From a virus, in UHGV virus genome UHGV-0391786: a stretch of 39,231 nt of DNA. The stretch is one strand, 5' to 3'. Of the stretch, positions 1 to 8,590 are shown piece by piece. Each line of letters begins with the position of its first letter. Position 1 is the first letter of the stretch. The notes below the pieces were generated by a model. The model was given only the letters and a program-made list of their open reading frames with translations. It had not been told where the DNA came from and searched no databases. Position numbers and translations under genes: made by a program.

Positions 1-324
1 TGGGTATACGGTGACGCTCAGGTATGCGGTGATGCTCGGGTATACGGTGACGCTCGGGTATACGGTGACGCTCAGGTATTCGGTAACGCTTGGGTTCAAA
101 ACTGCCGTGATTATTCTGCTACAAGCTGCTTCGGATCGGAAAATAGGACGACAACATTTTTCCGCACGAAAGACGGCGGAATCAGCGTGAGATGTGGATG
201 TTTTTACGGAACACTGAGGGAATTTAGAGAAAAGGTGAAAGAACGACACGGAGACAGTCGACTGGCAAAGGAATATTTGATGCTGGCAGATTTGATGGAG
301 TTTAGATTGTCTAAGGATGAGTAG
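1..324 (+). CDS. C-terminal part of hexapeptide (YGDAxV) repeat protein; 5'-partial at window edge, continuation of 38701..39231 across the circular junction
   Basis: Frame 1 is open from nt 1 to TAG at 322-324. The first ~100 nt are 18-nt tandem units identical to those at the window end. The window length is divisible by 3, so frame 1 runs on in frame from 39231 to 1. Confidence 0.7.
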   Translation, partial: WVYGDAQVCGDARVYGDARVYGDAQVFGNAWVQNCRDYSATSCFGSENRTTTFFRTKDGGISVRCGCFYGTLREFREKVKERHGDSRLAKEYLMLADLMEFRLSKDE

Positions 325-335
325 GAGGATAAGCA

Positions 336-599
336 ATGGATAGAAAGAAAATACATGAACTTTTAGATTTAATTCTCGAGATTCAAGAGCACGGAGAAGG
401 TAAGGATGGGTATCCGTACGTAAACATTGAATTTTTAAACTACGGGAGCAGAATACTTTTGTGCGCACAAGAAAACGGATTTGTCGAGAATGGAGATTAC
501 GATTTGTTTGACTGGATTACAACAGATGAGCAACTAGATGATGCAATCGTTTTGGCAGAAGTATTACTGGAAAAAGCAGCAGATATGGCGGGCGAATAA
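336..599 (+). CDS. hypothetical early protein (87 aa)
   Basis: ATG preceded by AGGAGG at -7; acidic small protein; same orientation as early module. Confidence 0.6.
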   Translation: MDRKKIHELLDLILEIQEHGEGKDGYPYVNIEFLNYGSRILLCAQENGFVENGDYDLFDWITTDEQLDDAIVLAEVLLEKAADMAGE

Positions 600-600
600 T

Positions 601-747
601 ATGTACAAATATACAGAAGAACTGGAAGAAATAACAGATCAAGAAGCGGCTGAAAAAGACAGATATTTTAGGGTACGCAAAAGGCACTATCAGAATTATT
701 GTGATTTTATGGAGGAAATAACAAATGGCAACATTATACGAGATTGA
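601..747 (+). CDS. hypothetical small protein (48 aa); start ambiguous (ORF open from 538)
   Basis: In-frame ATG at 601 immediately after the stop of the previous gene; weak RBS. Confidence 0.3.
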   Translation: MYKYTEELEEITDQEAAEKDRYFRVRKRHYQNYCDFMEEITNGNIIRD

Positions 748-1189
748 CGAAGAGATTTTAAATTGCGTAGATCAGGAAACGGGAGAGATTATCGACCCAG
801 AAAAGCTGGCACAGTTGCAGATGGATTTTGACAAAAAGGTAGAGGGAATTGCTCTCTGGATCAAAAACCTCTTATCTGATGCAGAAGCAATCAAGGCAGA
901 GAAAAATAAACTGGCTGATCGCCAGCGGTCATGTGAGAACAAGGCGAGAAATCTAAAAGAATACCTGTCTGGCTACCTGTGTGGAGAGAAATTCAAAACA
1001 CCAAGAGTTAGCATCTCTTATCGAAAATCAGAGAGCGTAGAGGTGCAAGACATTTCAAAACTGGATGAAGAATACTTGAAGTTCACTGATCCGGAGGTGG
1101 ACAAGACCAAGGTGAAAAAGGCGCTGAAAGATGGAATTGAACTCTCTGGCGTTGTATTGGTACAGAACAATAATATTCAGATTCGGTAG
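725..1189 (+). CDS. siphovirus Gp157-like protein (recombination-module associated), 154 aa
   Basis: GGAGG RBS; acidic coiled-coil protein immediately upstream of an SSAP gene, the typical Gp157 position; family assignment from memory of the pattern only. Confidence 0.4.
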   Translation: MATLYEIDEEILNCVDQETGEIIDPEKLAQLQMDFDKKVEGIALWIKNLLSDAEAIKAEKNKLADRQRSCENKARNLKEYLSGYLCGEKFKTPRVSISYRKSESVEVQDISKLDEEYLKFTDPEVDKTKVKKALKDGIELSGVVLVQNNNIQIR

Positions 1190-1197
1190 GTGCAATC

Positions 1198-1800
1198 ATG
1201 GGAAATTTGGATTTATATAACAGGGTTAGAATTGTCCCGGAAGAGGCAAAGAAGCCTATCAAAGGCGGCCGCTTGAACGGAATGACGGATATTAACCCTA
1301 TGTGGAGAATCAAAGTACTTACAAGTGAATATGGTCCGTGTGGCATTGGCTGGTTTTACAAGCCTGTTAAGAAATGGACGGAGCAGGCAGGAGGTGAAAC
1401 AGTTGCATTCGTAGATATCGAACTGTTTATAAAGGTAGATGGTGAGTGGTCGCAACCGATCTGTGGAACTGGGGGGAGTAAGCTATCGCAAAACGAAAGA
1501 AATGGTCTTTTTGTTTCCGATGAATGTTACAAAATGGCAACAACAGACGCTATTTCTGTAGCTTGTAAGCAACTTGGAATTGGAGCAGACGTGTACTTTG
1601 GGGCAGATAGAACTAAGTACGATTCTCCATTTGAAAGAGTGGAGCGAGTGCGAAACGAACTGAAAAAGCGCAGATGTTCAGAAGCGAATTTTATGCAGGT
1701 ATATAGGTTGGATAATATTGAACAGGTGACAGATAGCCAAATCAAAGATTTTATAGCGAGAATGGAGGCGGCAAAGCATGACAGTGTGGATCAGAAGTAG
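1198..1800 (+). CDS. single-strand annealing protein (Rad52/ERF-like superfamily) candidate, 200 aa
   Basis: Position between Gp157-like and NinB-like/RusA genes; size and beta-rich N-terminal region compatible with phage SSAP; not a firm family call. Confidence 0.45.
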   Translation: MGNLDLYNRVRIVPEEAKKPIKGGRLNGMTDINPMWRIKVLTSEYGPCGIGWFYKPVKKWTEQAGGETVAFVDIELFIKVDGEWSQPICGTGGSKLSQNERNGLFVSDECYKMATTDAISVACKQLGIGADVYFGADRTKYDSPFERVERVRNELKKRRCSEANFMQVYRLDNIEQVTDSQIKDFIARMEAAKHDSVDQK

Positions 1801-2293
1801 AGTGCAGATGCCGAACTACGTGAAAGAAAGTATTAGATCATTGGTAAAGTCGATTTGCGATAAAGATGTCGATGTGAGTATTGCTCTGCACAAAGAATCA
1901 AAAACAGATCAGCAAAGAAAATACTTTTGGACGCTGGTAAAAGAACTCCGCAGCGTTATGAAAAACGGACAGACTGAAAACGATGTGTATTTGCATCTTT
2001 TAAGGATATACGGGACGTCAGATTTTATAAGCCTTCCGTCCGATCAGGTGCATCTTGCAAGAGCTTGTTACCGGATTGTAGAAGTACAGAACAAGAAAGA
2101 GTTTGTGAACAAGGAGAATGAGTGCATTACTGTTTGTACTTTGCGCTGCTGGAAAGGATTGAGCGAATACGATACCAACGAAGCTTGCATGTTGATAGAT
2201 GGAGCGGTTGAAGAGTGCAAAAGTCTTGGTATTCCGACAGATACGCCGGATGAAATTCGCAAAATGAAAGAGTTGTGGGGGATTGAATTATAA
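1778..2293 (+). CDS. NinB/Orf-like recombination mediator candidate, 171 aa
   Basis: Segment KTDQQRKYFWTLVKELRS resembles the lambda Orf (NinB) motif SLDQNRKLWACLGDVS; GGAGG RBS before GTG/ATG at 1778 (alternative ATG 1808). Confidence 0.4.
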   Translation: MTVWIRSRVQMPNYVKESIRSLVKSICDKDVDVSIALHKESKTDQQRKYFWTLVKELRSVMKNGQTENDVYLHLLRIYGTSDFISLPSDQVHLARACYRIVEVQNKKEFVNKENECITVCTLRCWKGLSEYDTNEACMLIDGAVEECKSLGIPTDTPDEIRKMKELWGIEL

Positions 2294-2310
2294 GCATTGA
2301 TTACAGTGAC

Positions 2311-2670
2311 ATGGCGTTCCCAAAGCCGAAGCGAAAGAAAAAGAAAAAAGGTCATCAAAGAGCATCCGGCAGACCAAAGAAGCTGTGGAGCATATTTACA
2401 GAAGATATGGATCACTGCATGTACACAGGAGTTTACGGAGTGGAGCGTCATCATATTTTTAGCCACACATCAAGAGAAATAGAACTTTCGGAAGATTACG
2501 GATTCATAGCTCCACTGAGACCGGATCTGCATCCAAACGGAACAAGGGCAGGGGAGAATGCTTCGAAAGTTGACCGATACTTAAGAAAATGCTGCAAGGA
2601 GTATTATTTGCAGCACTACGGAACAGAAGAACAGTTCCGGCAAGAATTTCACTATGTTAGTAAGGGTTAA
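2311..2670 (+). CDS. hypothetical basic protein with Lys/Arg-rich N-terminus and ERHHIF motif (possible HNH-like or zinc-binding nuclease), 119 aa
   Basis: ORF with Lys-rich N-terminus (KPKRKKKKKG); HH dyad; sits between NinB-like and RusA genes. Confidence 0.45.
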   Translation: MAFPKPKRKKKKKGHQRASGRPKKLWSIFTEDMDHCMYTGVYGVERHHIFSHTSREIELSEDYGFIAPLRPDLHPNGTRAGENASKVDRYLRKCCKEYYLQHYGTEEQFRQEFHYVSKG

Positions 2671-2783
2671 ACCTTTGCTATAAATTGTAACCCGTTCATG
2701 GCTGCTGTGTAGTACGTCACAAATACCTTAAGTAAGCCAGATTCATTGTCTCCCGGTAACTCCGGGAGCAGAAAGGAGAATAA

Positions 2784-3194
2784 ATGGTAATTACAATTCC
2801 GGGAAAACCCGTTGGAAAAGCAAGACCAAAATTCCGCAGAGCCGGATTTAAGGTCATTACATACACACCACCCGCAACCAAGAAATATGAAAAGGAAGTT
2901 GCGAGGATTTATAAACAAAGCGCATGCGTTCTTTATACAGAGATACCTCTGAGAGTTCGAATTTTAGCGAAATTTCCGATTCCAGAGAGCTGGTCTAAGA
3001 AGAATAAGGAGAAAGCATTAAAAGGCGAAATAAAGCCGAATAAGAAGCCGGACTTAGACAACATTGCAAAAATCATTTTGGATGGACTGAACGGAGTCGC
3101 ATACACCGATGATAAGCAGGTGACCAGTCTGGAGATTGAAAAAGTGTACTCGGACACACCTTGCGTGGTGGTCTATATTGCGGAGGATGAGTGA
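2784..3194 (+). CDS. rusA: RusA-family Holliday junction resolvase
   Basis: N-terminal IPGKPVGKARPKF, DLDNIAK and NGV.Y.DD.Q motifs typical of RusA; AAGGAG RBS. Confidence 0.88.
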   Translation: MVITIPGKPVGKARPKFRRAGFKVITYTPPATKKYEKEVARIYKQSACVLYTEIPLRVRILAKFPIPESWSKKNKEKALKGEIKPNKKPDLDNIAKIILDGLNGVAYTDDKQVTSLEIEKVYSDTPCVVVYIAEDE

Positions 3195-4000
3195 TGGCAG
3201 ATAACAAGAAATACTACTATCTAAAACTGAAGGAGAACTTTTTCGATTCAGACAGCATGGTTTTATTGGAAAGCATGCAAGATGGCATTCTTTACAGCAA
3301 CATTTTGATGAAAATGTATCTTAAGAGCCTTAAAAACAACGGGAAACTGGTTTTGAACGATGCAATCCCGTATAACACGCAAATGATAGCGACTGTAACA
3401 CGCCATCAGGTTGGAACTGTGGAAAAAGCAATTGAGGTGTTCGAACAACTCGGACTAATAGACATATTAGATGGAGGAACTATTTACATGTCTGATATCG
3501 AACTATTTGTCGGGAAATCTTCTACTGAAGGAGACCGGAAAAGAGCAGAGAGGATGAAGTTGAAACATGTTGAAAATTTAGCACTTGGACAAATGTCCGA
3601 CATTCATCCACCAGAGATAGAGATAGATATAGATATAGAGAAAGAGATAAGAGATATAGATAATATATATGATTGCGCAGAAGCGCAAAAAGCACACAAG
3701 AAACAGGTAAAGAAAGAAAAACCTACAAAGCATAAATACGGAGAGTATAACAACGTACTTTTGACAGACGATGAGCTCGACAAGCTAAAGGATAAATTTC
3801 CAGACTGGGAGGATAGGATTGAACGATTATCCGGCTACGTTGAGTCTAAAGGGGCGAAGTATAAGAGCCATTATGCAACAATCATAAACTGGGCGAGAAG
3901 AGAAGGCGGTACTGGCAGAACTGCGATAAAGAGCAGCATACCAAAGAATACAGGGTATGCACCAGAACAGGATATGAATGATCTGGATGATCTATTTTAG
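3194..4000 (+). CDS. phage replisome organiser / DnaD-like replication initiation protein
   Basis: N-terminal YYYLKLKENFFDSD motif typical of the Phage_rep_org_N family; C-terminal INWARREGG region; GGAGGA RBS before ATG 3194 (a GTG at 3191 also in frame); carries internal iterons. Confidence 0.72.
   Translation: MADNKKYYYLKLKENFFDSDSMVLLESMQDGILYSNILMKMYLKSLKNNGKLVLNDAIPYNTQMIATVTRHQVGTVEKAIEVFEQLGLIDILDGGTIYMSDIELFVGKSSTEGDRKRAERMKLKHVENLALGQMSDIHPPEIEIDIDIEKEIRDIDNIYDCAEAQKAHKKQVKKEKPTKHKYGEYNNVLLTDDELDKLKDKFPDWEDRIERLSGYVESKGAKYKSHYATIINWARREGGTGRTAIKSSIPKNTGYAPEQDMNDLDDLF
3614..3670. repeat. GATA/GAGA-rich iteron-like direct repeats inside the replisome organiser gene; candidate origin of replication
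   Basis: gagatagagatagatatagatatagagaaagagataagagatatagataatatatat; low-complexity repeat translating to IEIDIDIEKEIRDIDNIYD. Confidence 0.4.
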
Positions 4001-4012
4001 AGGTGAAGTAAC

Positions 4013-4843
4013 ATGAGCATAGAAACAGCAATGGATAAAATGGCAGACGGGATCAGTGCAAGAGTCCCTGTATCCGAAAATGAATATATGGGGGAAGACG
4101 GTCTTCTGCACTGTGGGATTTGCAAGAAGAATGTGCAGACGAAAATAAAGTTCCTCGGCAAAGAAAAAACGGTGCGTTGTATATGCGATTGTAAGCGGAA
4201 AGAGTTGGAAGCGTTTGAGGAAAAAGAACGACAGCAAGAGAAAGAACGAAAGAGAAAAAGCTGCTTTGCGGAAACGAATATGGCAGCATGGACTTTCGAA
4301 AACGATGACAGGAAGAATGCGAAGATCTCTGACGCAATGATCCGGTATGCAGAACGATTTCCAGACTTCAGGAAAATGGGTAAGGGACTCCTGCTTTACG
4401 GAAGTGTTGGGACAGGCAAAACGTATTATGCAGCTTGTATTGCAAATAAGCTGATCGATGATGGATACAGTGTAGTGATGACAAATTTTGCACGTCTTAC
4501 GAATACCATACAGGGTAAATTTGATGGAAAGCAAGAGTTTATTGACAGCCTAAACAGGTACAGCCTGCTGATTATTGATGATCTTGGAGCGGAGAGAAAA
4601 TCAGAATTTATGCAAGAAATGGTATTTAACATTATTGACAGCAGATACAGGTCTGGTTTGCCTTTTATTATCACAACAAATCTGACAGCAGAAGAGATTA
4701 AAAAGAATCAGGATATCGGATATTCGAGGATTTATGACCGAATTCTGGAAAGATGCTTCCCAGTAGCTGTAACGGGAGACAGCAGAAGAAGACGGAAAGT
4801 GAAAGACACGTTCTTGGATGTAAAAGAAAAGCTAGGATTGTAG
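4013..4843 (+). CDS. DnaC/IstB-like AAA+ helicase loader with N-terminal Cys4 zinc finger
   Basis: Walker A GSVGTGKT, Walker B LLIIDDLG, CGIC...C.C.C zinc motif; RBS AGAGGTGA. Confidence 0.85.
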   Translation: MSIETAMDKMADGISARVPVSENEYMGEDGLLHCGICKKNVQTKIKFLGKEKTVRCICDCKRKELEAFEEKERQQEKERKRKSCFAETNMAAWTFENDDRKNAKISDAMIRYAERFPDFRKMGKGLLLYGSVGTGKTYYAACIANKLIDDGYSVVMTNFARLTNTIQGKFDGKQEFIDSLNRYSLLIIDDLGAERKSEFMQEMVFNIIDSRYRSGLPFIITTNLTAEEIKKNQDIGYSRIYDRILERCFPVAVTGDSRRRRKVKDTFLDVKEKLGL

Positions 4844-4851
4844 GTGATGAA

Positions 4852-5067
4852 ATGGGAATGCCAACAGGGAAAATAAGAAAAAAGTGCAAAACTTGCGTAT
4901 ACAGAATGAGCAAGCATGAACAGGGATTTATGCACGGGAATTGTAATTATATTTGCATAACAGGCAAAATTCGCGGATGTGATGTGGAAAATTGCGATAA
5001 ATACATAAACGGAAAAAGAAAAGAGGAAAAAGATTGGTGCGTAGAAAATCAAAACATGGAAACATGA
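4852..5067 (+). CDS. small Cys-rich (zinc-ribbon-like) protein, 71 aa
   Basis: ATG 4852 with AGGTGA RBS; CxxC...C...C pattern; longer ORF 4753.. overlaps the DnaC-like gene and is unlikely. Confidence 0.4.
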   Translation: MGMPTGKIRKKCKTCVYRMSKHEQGFMHGNCNYICITGKIRGCDVENCDKYINGKRKEEKDWCVENQNMET

Positions 5068-5122
5068 ATAAATTTATGTACAGCAGCACAAAGCGGAAGA
5101 GAAGGAATAGGGTGAGAGGGAA

Positions 5123-5440
5123 ATGAATAAAAGAAAGTTGTACAAGCCATATACAAAAGATATTGAAAAAATGATCGAAAACGGCTTTAATATCCAGAAC
5201 ATCTATGCAGCAATAAGCGAAGAGAGCGGAATCGATGCAAGTATTGAAACGTTCAAAAACTTCCTGAAAGACAATGATATGCTGCCTGAGTCAAAGAAAC
5301 AGGAAACTTCGGTCAAGGATATCTTCGGCAACATTGCAAATTACATGGAGTTTCACGAGGGCTGGGTGCGGACCAGTTGCCGGCTCAACAGGGCGATGTC
5401 GAATCCAAACCGGATATTAATGCGGAGGTATTTACAGTAG
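5123..5440 (+). CDS. hypothetical protein, 105 aa
   Basis: ORF with upstream purine-rich RBS (gggtgagaggga); early-region orientation. Confidence 0.5.
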   Translation: MNKRKLYKPYTKDIEKMIENGFNIQNIYAAISEESGIDASIETFKNFLKDNDMLPESKKQETSVKDIFGNIANYMEFHEGWVRTSCRLNRAMSNPNRILMRRYLQ

Positions 5441-5442
5441 CT

Positions 5443-5598
5443 ATGAAAAAAAAGAAAGAGAAACCAAAGAAAAATGAAGTACATATCTGCTCTTCCTGCG
5501 GACGGGAAATTATCGGAGATTTTGAGTATGTAAAGACAAAGAGAGGGACGGAATTGTATTTCTGCAAAGATATGAGGTGTAAACATGGGAAAAGTTGA
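5443..5598 (+). CDS. small zinc-ribbon protein (51 aa), start uncertain
   Basis: ATG at 5443 right after the previous stop; CSSCG...C..C.C pattern; poly-A run at the start. Confidence 0.35.
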   Translation: MKKKKEKPKKNEVHICSSCGREIIGDFEYVKTKRGTELYFCKDMRCKHGKS

Positions 5599-5968
5599 TG
5601 ATTATACAGCTGGCAGATCACAGGGATTGATTCTAGCAAGGGAGATTGTGAAAAAAGACGGTATTGATGGACTGGAAAAAGAAATCCAGTTCCGGAATAT
5701 CACAGGAATAAATACAGCATTAACCAGAAAAGAACTAAACATTGCCTGTGAGAAAATCAAAAACATGACACTGGACACAATGATGGTGATCGCAGTCGCA
5801 ACGCTGCATGATGAGTTCGGTTTTGCTGGGAAACGGTGCAAGAGATTTATCGACCGAATGAACCTGAAAGCAGAGTGTCTGGTGGACGATATGGCAACAT
5901 GGGACGAATACACAAAGATGATTAAAGATGAGATCGGAATCGAGATGACGATACGGAGGAATGACTAA
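5585..5968 (+). CDS. hypothetical protein, 127 aa
   Basis: GAGGTG RBS; ATG overlaps the previous stop. Confidence 0.5.
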   Translation: MGKVDDYTAGRSQGLILAREIVKKDGIDGLEKEIQFRNITGINTALTRKELNIACEKIKNMTLDTMMVIAVATLHDEFGFAGKRCKRFIDRMNLKAECLVDDMATWDEYTKMIKDEIGIEMTIRRND

Positions 5969-6357
5969 TGCCAAAAACAGAAGAAACATGGATGGACGGG
6001 ATCACTACAGAAATGATGGAGCATATCTGCGACAACCTGTGCAAGTATCCAGATCAGCTAAGCGGCGAAGCACTGGAAGATAAATGTGCAGAATGCAAGA
6101 TGGGACGGTTTGTGTGCGATATTTTGAACCAGTACAACAAGATTAATGATTTTGCAAATAGCCAGTGTGCGAAGTTGATGTGTGAGATGCATGAGTTGAA
6201 AAAGCGGGATACGGCGAAGAAGCCGAATATAATGGACTACATACTTGGTGACATTAACTTTAAATGCCCTACGTGCAAAAGTGAATATATTTGCGAAAAA
6301 GGATATGAACATTTTTATTGCCCGAATTGCGGTCAGAAAATTAAATGGAGTGAGTAG
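5968..6357 (+). CDS. Cys-rich hypothetical protein (multiple CxxC pairs), 129 aa
   Basis: GGAGGA RBS; ATGA overlap with the previous gene; eight or more Cys in CxxC pairs. Confidence 0.5.
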   Translation: MPKTEETWMDGITTEMMEHICDNLCKYPDQLSGEALEDKCAECKMGRFVCDILNQYNKINDFANSQCAKLMCEMHELKKRDTAKKPNIMDYILGDINFKCPTCKSEYICEKGYEHFYCPNCGQKIKWSE

Positions 6358-6358
6358 C

Positions 6359-6580
6359 ATGGAGGAATTAAAGAAATGCCCGTTTTGTGGTGGAGAAGCA
6401 AGAATAAAAATGGAAAGAAAAAATAATGTTGGTTGGACTATTTGGTGTGAATGCAAAAAATGTTATGCAAAAGCAGAAGGATATTGTCCTAGTATGCAAA
6501 ATGCAGACAACGCACTAAATAGTATTAATACTTGCAAAATAAATGCAATCGAAGCATGGAATAGGAGATGGAATAAATGA
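6359..6580 (+). CDS. Lar-family restriction alleviation protein-like, 73 aa
   Basis: N-terminal LKKCPFCGGEA and C-terminal AIEAWNRR match the remembered Lar_restr_allev pattern (LKPCPFCGG ... AWNRR); in-frame ATG 6359 after the previous stop. Confidence 0.55.
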   Translation: MEELKKCPFCGGEARIKMERKNNVGWTIWCECKKCYAKAEGYCPSMQNADNALNSINTCKINAIEAWNRRWNK

Positions 6581-6900
6581 AATACAAAATAGGTCAAATC
6601 CTAACATCAAATTGTGATATAGAAGTAGAGAAGATGTTTGGAGAAAAAGTAATTATTCCAAAAGGGAATAAAATAATTATTGGAGCTGACGAATTTGCAC
6701 ATCATTTAAAAGATGGAATGATTCAACCTTTACAGAAAGATACTATTGTCGAAGAATATGATACAGAGGGAATAGCAGAATACTTAATGAAAAAACTGTC
6801 TGAAGTATTTCCATTAGAAGAAATGCTTGAAGATTATGGTATTGAAAAAGAAGAATTTGAAGAAGAAATTGGTTTTTTCTTAGATGATATAGGATTTTAG
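6577..6900 (+). CDS. hypothetical acidic protein, 107 aa
   Basis: GGAGATGG RBS; ATGA overlap. Confidence 0.5.
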   Translation: MKYKIGQILTSNCDIEVEKMFGEKVIIPKGNKIIIGADEFAHHLKDGMIQPLQKDTIVEEYDTEGIAEYLMKKLSEVFPLEEMLEDYGIEKEEFEEEIGFFLDDIGF

Positions 6901-6912
6901 GAGAGTGGAATA

Positions 6913-7365
6913 ATGGAGAACGTACTAGAGAAGATTTTGGAAGAGATAGAAAGATTAGAAGATCCGTACTACAAAGATTATATGGATAGGAAATATGTAA
7001 AAGAAATCATTCATTCACATATGGACGATGTTCCGGATAATAATGCTGGCTGGATTCCAGTGAGTGAAAGGTTGCCGGAAGTCGGGAAAATGGTAAAAGT
7101 TACCGTACACTCATCCGAATGGATTGCGGACTACAATTCGGCCTGGGTTCCGAAAGAAGAAAAGACATACTATCCGGAAGAGCGCAATGTGTACGACGGA
7201 TATATAGATAGAGTGGGCATGTGGAGATTTTGTGATGATGGAGGTTTGGTCTACGCTTGCGACAAAGAATTTGGGACAGATAAGGAAACGGTGTACGATG
7301 TCGTGACAGCGTGGATGCCGAAAGAACAGATAGAACCATACAAGGAGGAAGTCGATGAAAATTAA
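6913..7365 (+). CDS. hypothetical protein, possibly DUF551-like, 150 aa
   Basis: GWIPVSERLPE motif resembles the DUF551 signature; AGGAGAG RBS. Confidence 0.4.
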   Translation: MENVLEKILEEIERLEDPYYKDYMDRKYVKEIIHSHMDDVPDNNAGWIPVSERLPEVGKMVKVTVHSSEWIADYNSAWVPKEEKTYYPEERNVYDGYIDRVGMWRFCDDGGLVYACDKEFGTDKETVYDVVTAWMPKEQIEPYKEEVDEN

Positions 7366-7555
7366 AGCGTGTCCATTTTGCGGATGCCGTGACAGAAGAG
7401 TCGGAATCCGGAGAATGGGAAGCAAAGGATATAGGGTAGTGTGCGGTGCTTGCGGAGCATCTGGGCCTTATGTGGCAATTAAGGCGTGTCGGGATGACAA
7501 GATGATTGCGCAGGAAGCAGCAAGACAAGGATGGAATAATAGGCAGGAGGAATAA
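7355..7555 (+). CDS. Lar-family restriction alleviation protein-like paralog, 66 aa
   Basis: MKIKACPFCG ... QGWNNRQ; same CPFCG / WN.R pattern as 6359..6580. Confidence 0.5.
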   Translation: MKIKACPFCGCRDRRVGIRRMGSKGYRVVCGACGASGPYVAIKACRDDKMIAQEAARQGWNNRQEE

Positions 7556-7556
7556 C

Positions 7557-7748
7557 ATGGACATTTTAATCACAATCGCATTTCTGGCCCTGTACTACAT
7601 CCTGGGGCTGGGAACTGTGATTACTTTAAAGACAGGATTGGAAGAGGATGTAGAGCTGGAGCATGAGGATTATTTAGCAGCGGCATGCTTCCCGATACTG
7701 CTATTTGTGGTGTTTTTGGATTGGATAGCTCGAAAGATAGTGAGGTAA
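7557..7748 (+). CDS. small membrane protein (two predicted TM helices), 63 aa
   Basis: GGAGG RBS 7 nt upstream of ATG 7557; hydrophobic segments ILITIAFLALYYILGLGTVI and FPILLFVVFL. Confidence 0.5.
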   Translation: MDILITIAFLALYYILGLGTVITLKTGLEEDVELEHEDYLAAACFPILLFVVFLDWIARKIVR

Positions 7749-7754
7749 GAAAAT

Positions 7755-8345
7755 ATGAAAAAATTTAATTGGGATGAATTTAAAAATAAAGACAACAAGA
7801 TTGCGGTGCATTGTAAGACCGAGGAAGAAGCGAAAGATTTTTGCAAGAGAATGCATGAGCATGGGATGAAGTGGTGTTCAGGCAAAAGCTACCTGAAAGA
7901 GATAAATTACGAATCCTGCGAAGAAGAAACATGTTATATCAAAGGAGAGTTTTCGCCGTATCAGTACTATAAAAGCAATGGGTATGAAATCTTAGAATGG
8001 AGTGATTACACGAACAAAGAATTTACGAAAGCAGATTTGAGAGATGGGATGGTAGTGAAACATCGAAATGGTGACAAGAAAATGGTGATAAGCGAAGCAT
8101 TAATCGGAGAAGATGGATATTCGGATCGAAACTGCTTTCGAGAAGATTTGACATACAGATATTTTAAAGATCTCGATATTGTTGGTGTCTACGCAATCAA
8201 AGAATATAGCAACTTTGCAGATATGCTTTCGGACTATAATTTAGAACTCATCTGGGAGCGCAAAGAACCAAAGAAAATGACTGTGGAGGAAATGCGGAAG
8301 AAGTTGGAAGAGTTGACCGGGGAGCAGATTGAGGTGACGGCATGA
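7755..8345 (+). CDS. hypothetical protein, 196 aa
   Basis: GAGGTAAG RBS; long ORF in the early-to-late transition region. Confidence 0.55.
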   Translation: MKKFNWDEFKNKDNKIAVHCKTEEEAKDFCKRMHEHGMKWCSGKSYLKEINYESCEEETCYIKGEFSPYQYYKSNGYEILEWSDYTNKEFTKADLRDGMVVKHRNGDKKMVISEALIGEDGYSDRNCFREDLTYRYFKDLDIVGVYAIKEYSNFADMLSDYNLELIWERKEPKKMTVEEMRKKLEELTGEQIEVTA

Positions 8346-8590
8346 CCAGAGAGACTATGAAGCGCAGAAGGGAGACAGCAGACACCGTGAGAAAGATAGA
8401 AGCATACAAGATGGCAACGAGAAAGCCCTGTGAGACAGCTTTAAAGCAAAAGGGGCATAAAGCCTTTAAGTGCGACTTTAAAAGCCGCGAGAGGACGAAT
8501 AAGGACGCTGTGGAGTACATAGCAGAGAAATACAACATAAAAGATCCTGTTCCGGGAGGTGATAGAGTTGGACAAGAACGTGATTTATGA
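8342..8590 (+). CDS. hypothetical basic protein, 82 aa
   Basis: ATGA overlap with the previous gene; GAGGTGA RBS. Confidence 0.45.
   Translation: MTRETMKRRRETADTVRKIEAYKMATRKPCETALKQKGHKAFKCDFKSRERTNKDAVEYIAEKYNIKDPVPGGDRVGQERDL

Noticed and set aside
1083-1455. Minus-strand ORFs 1083..1346 and 1213..1455
   Set aside because: They are embedded antisense in well-supported plus-strand genes with good RBSs, and have no RBS of their own.
4753-4851. Upstream extension of ORF 4753..5067 overlapping the DnaC-like gene
   Set aside because: The overlap with the 3' end of the DnaC-like gene is in a different frame. A good RBS precedes the internal ATG at 4852, so the shorter gene is preferred.
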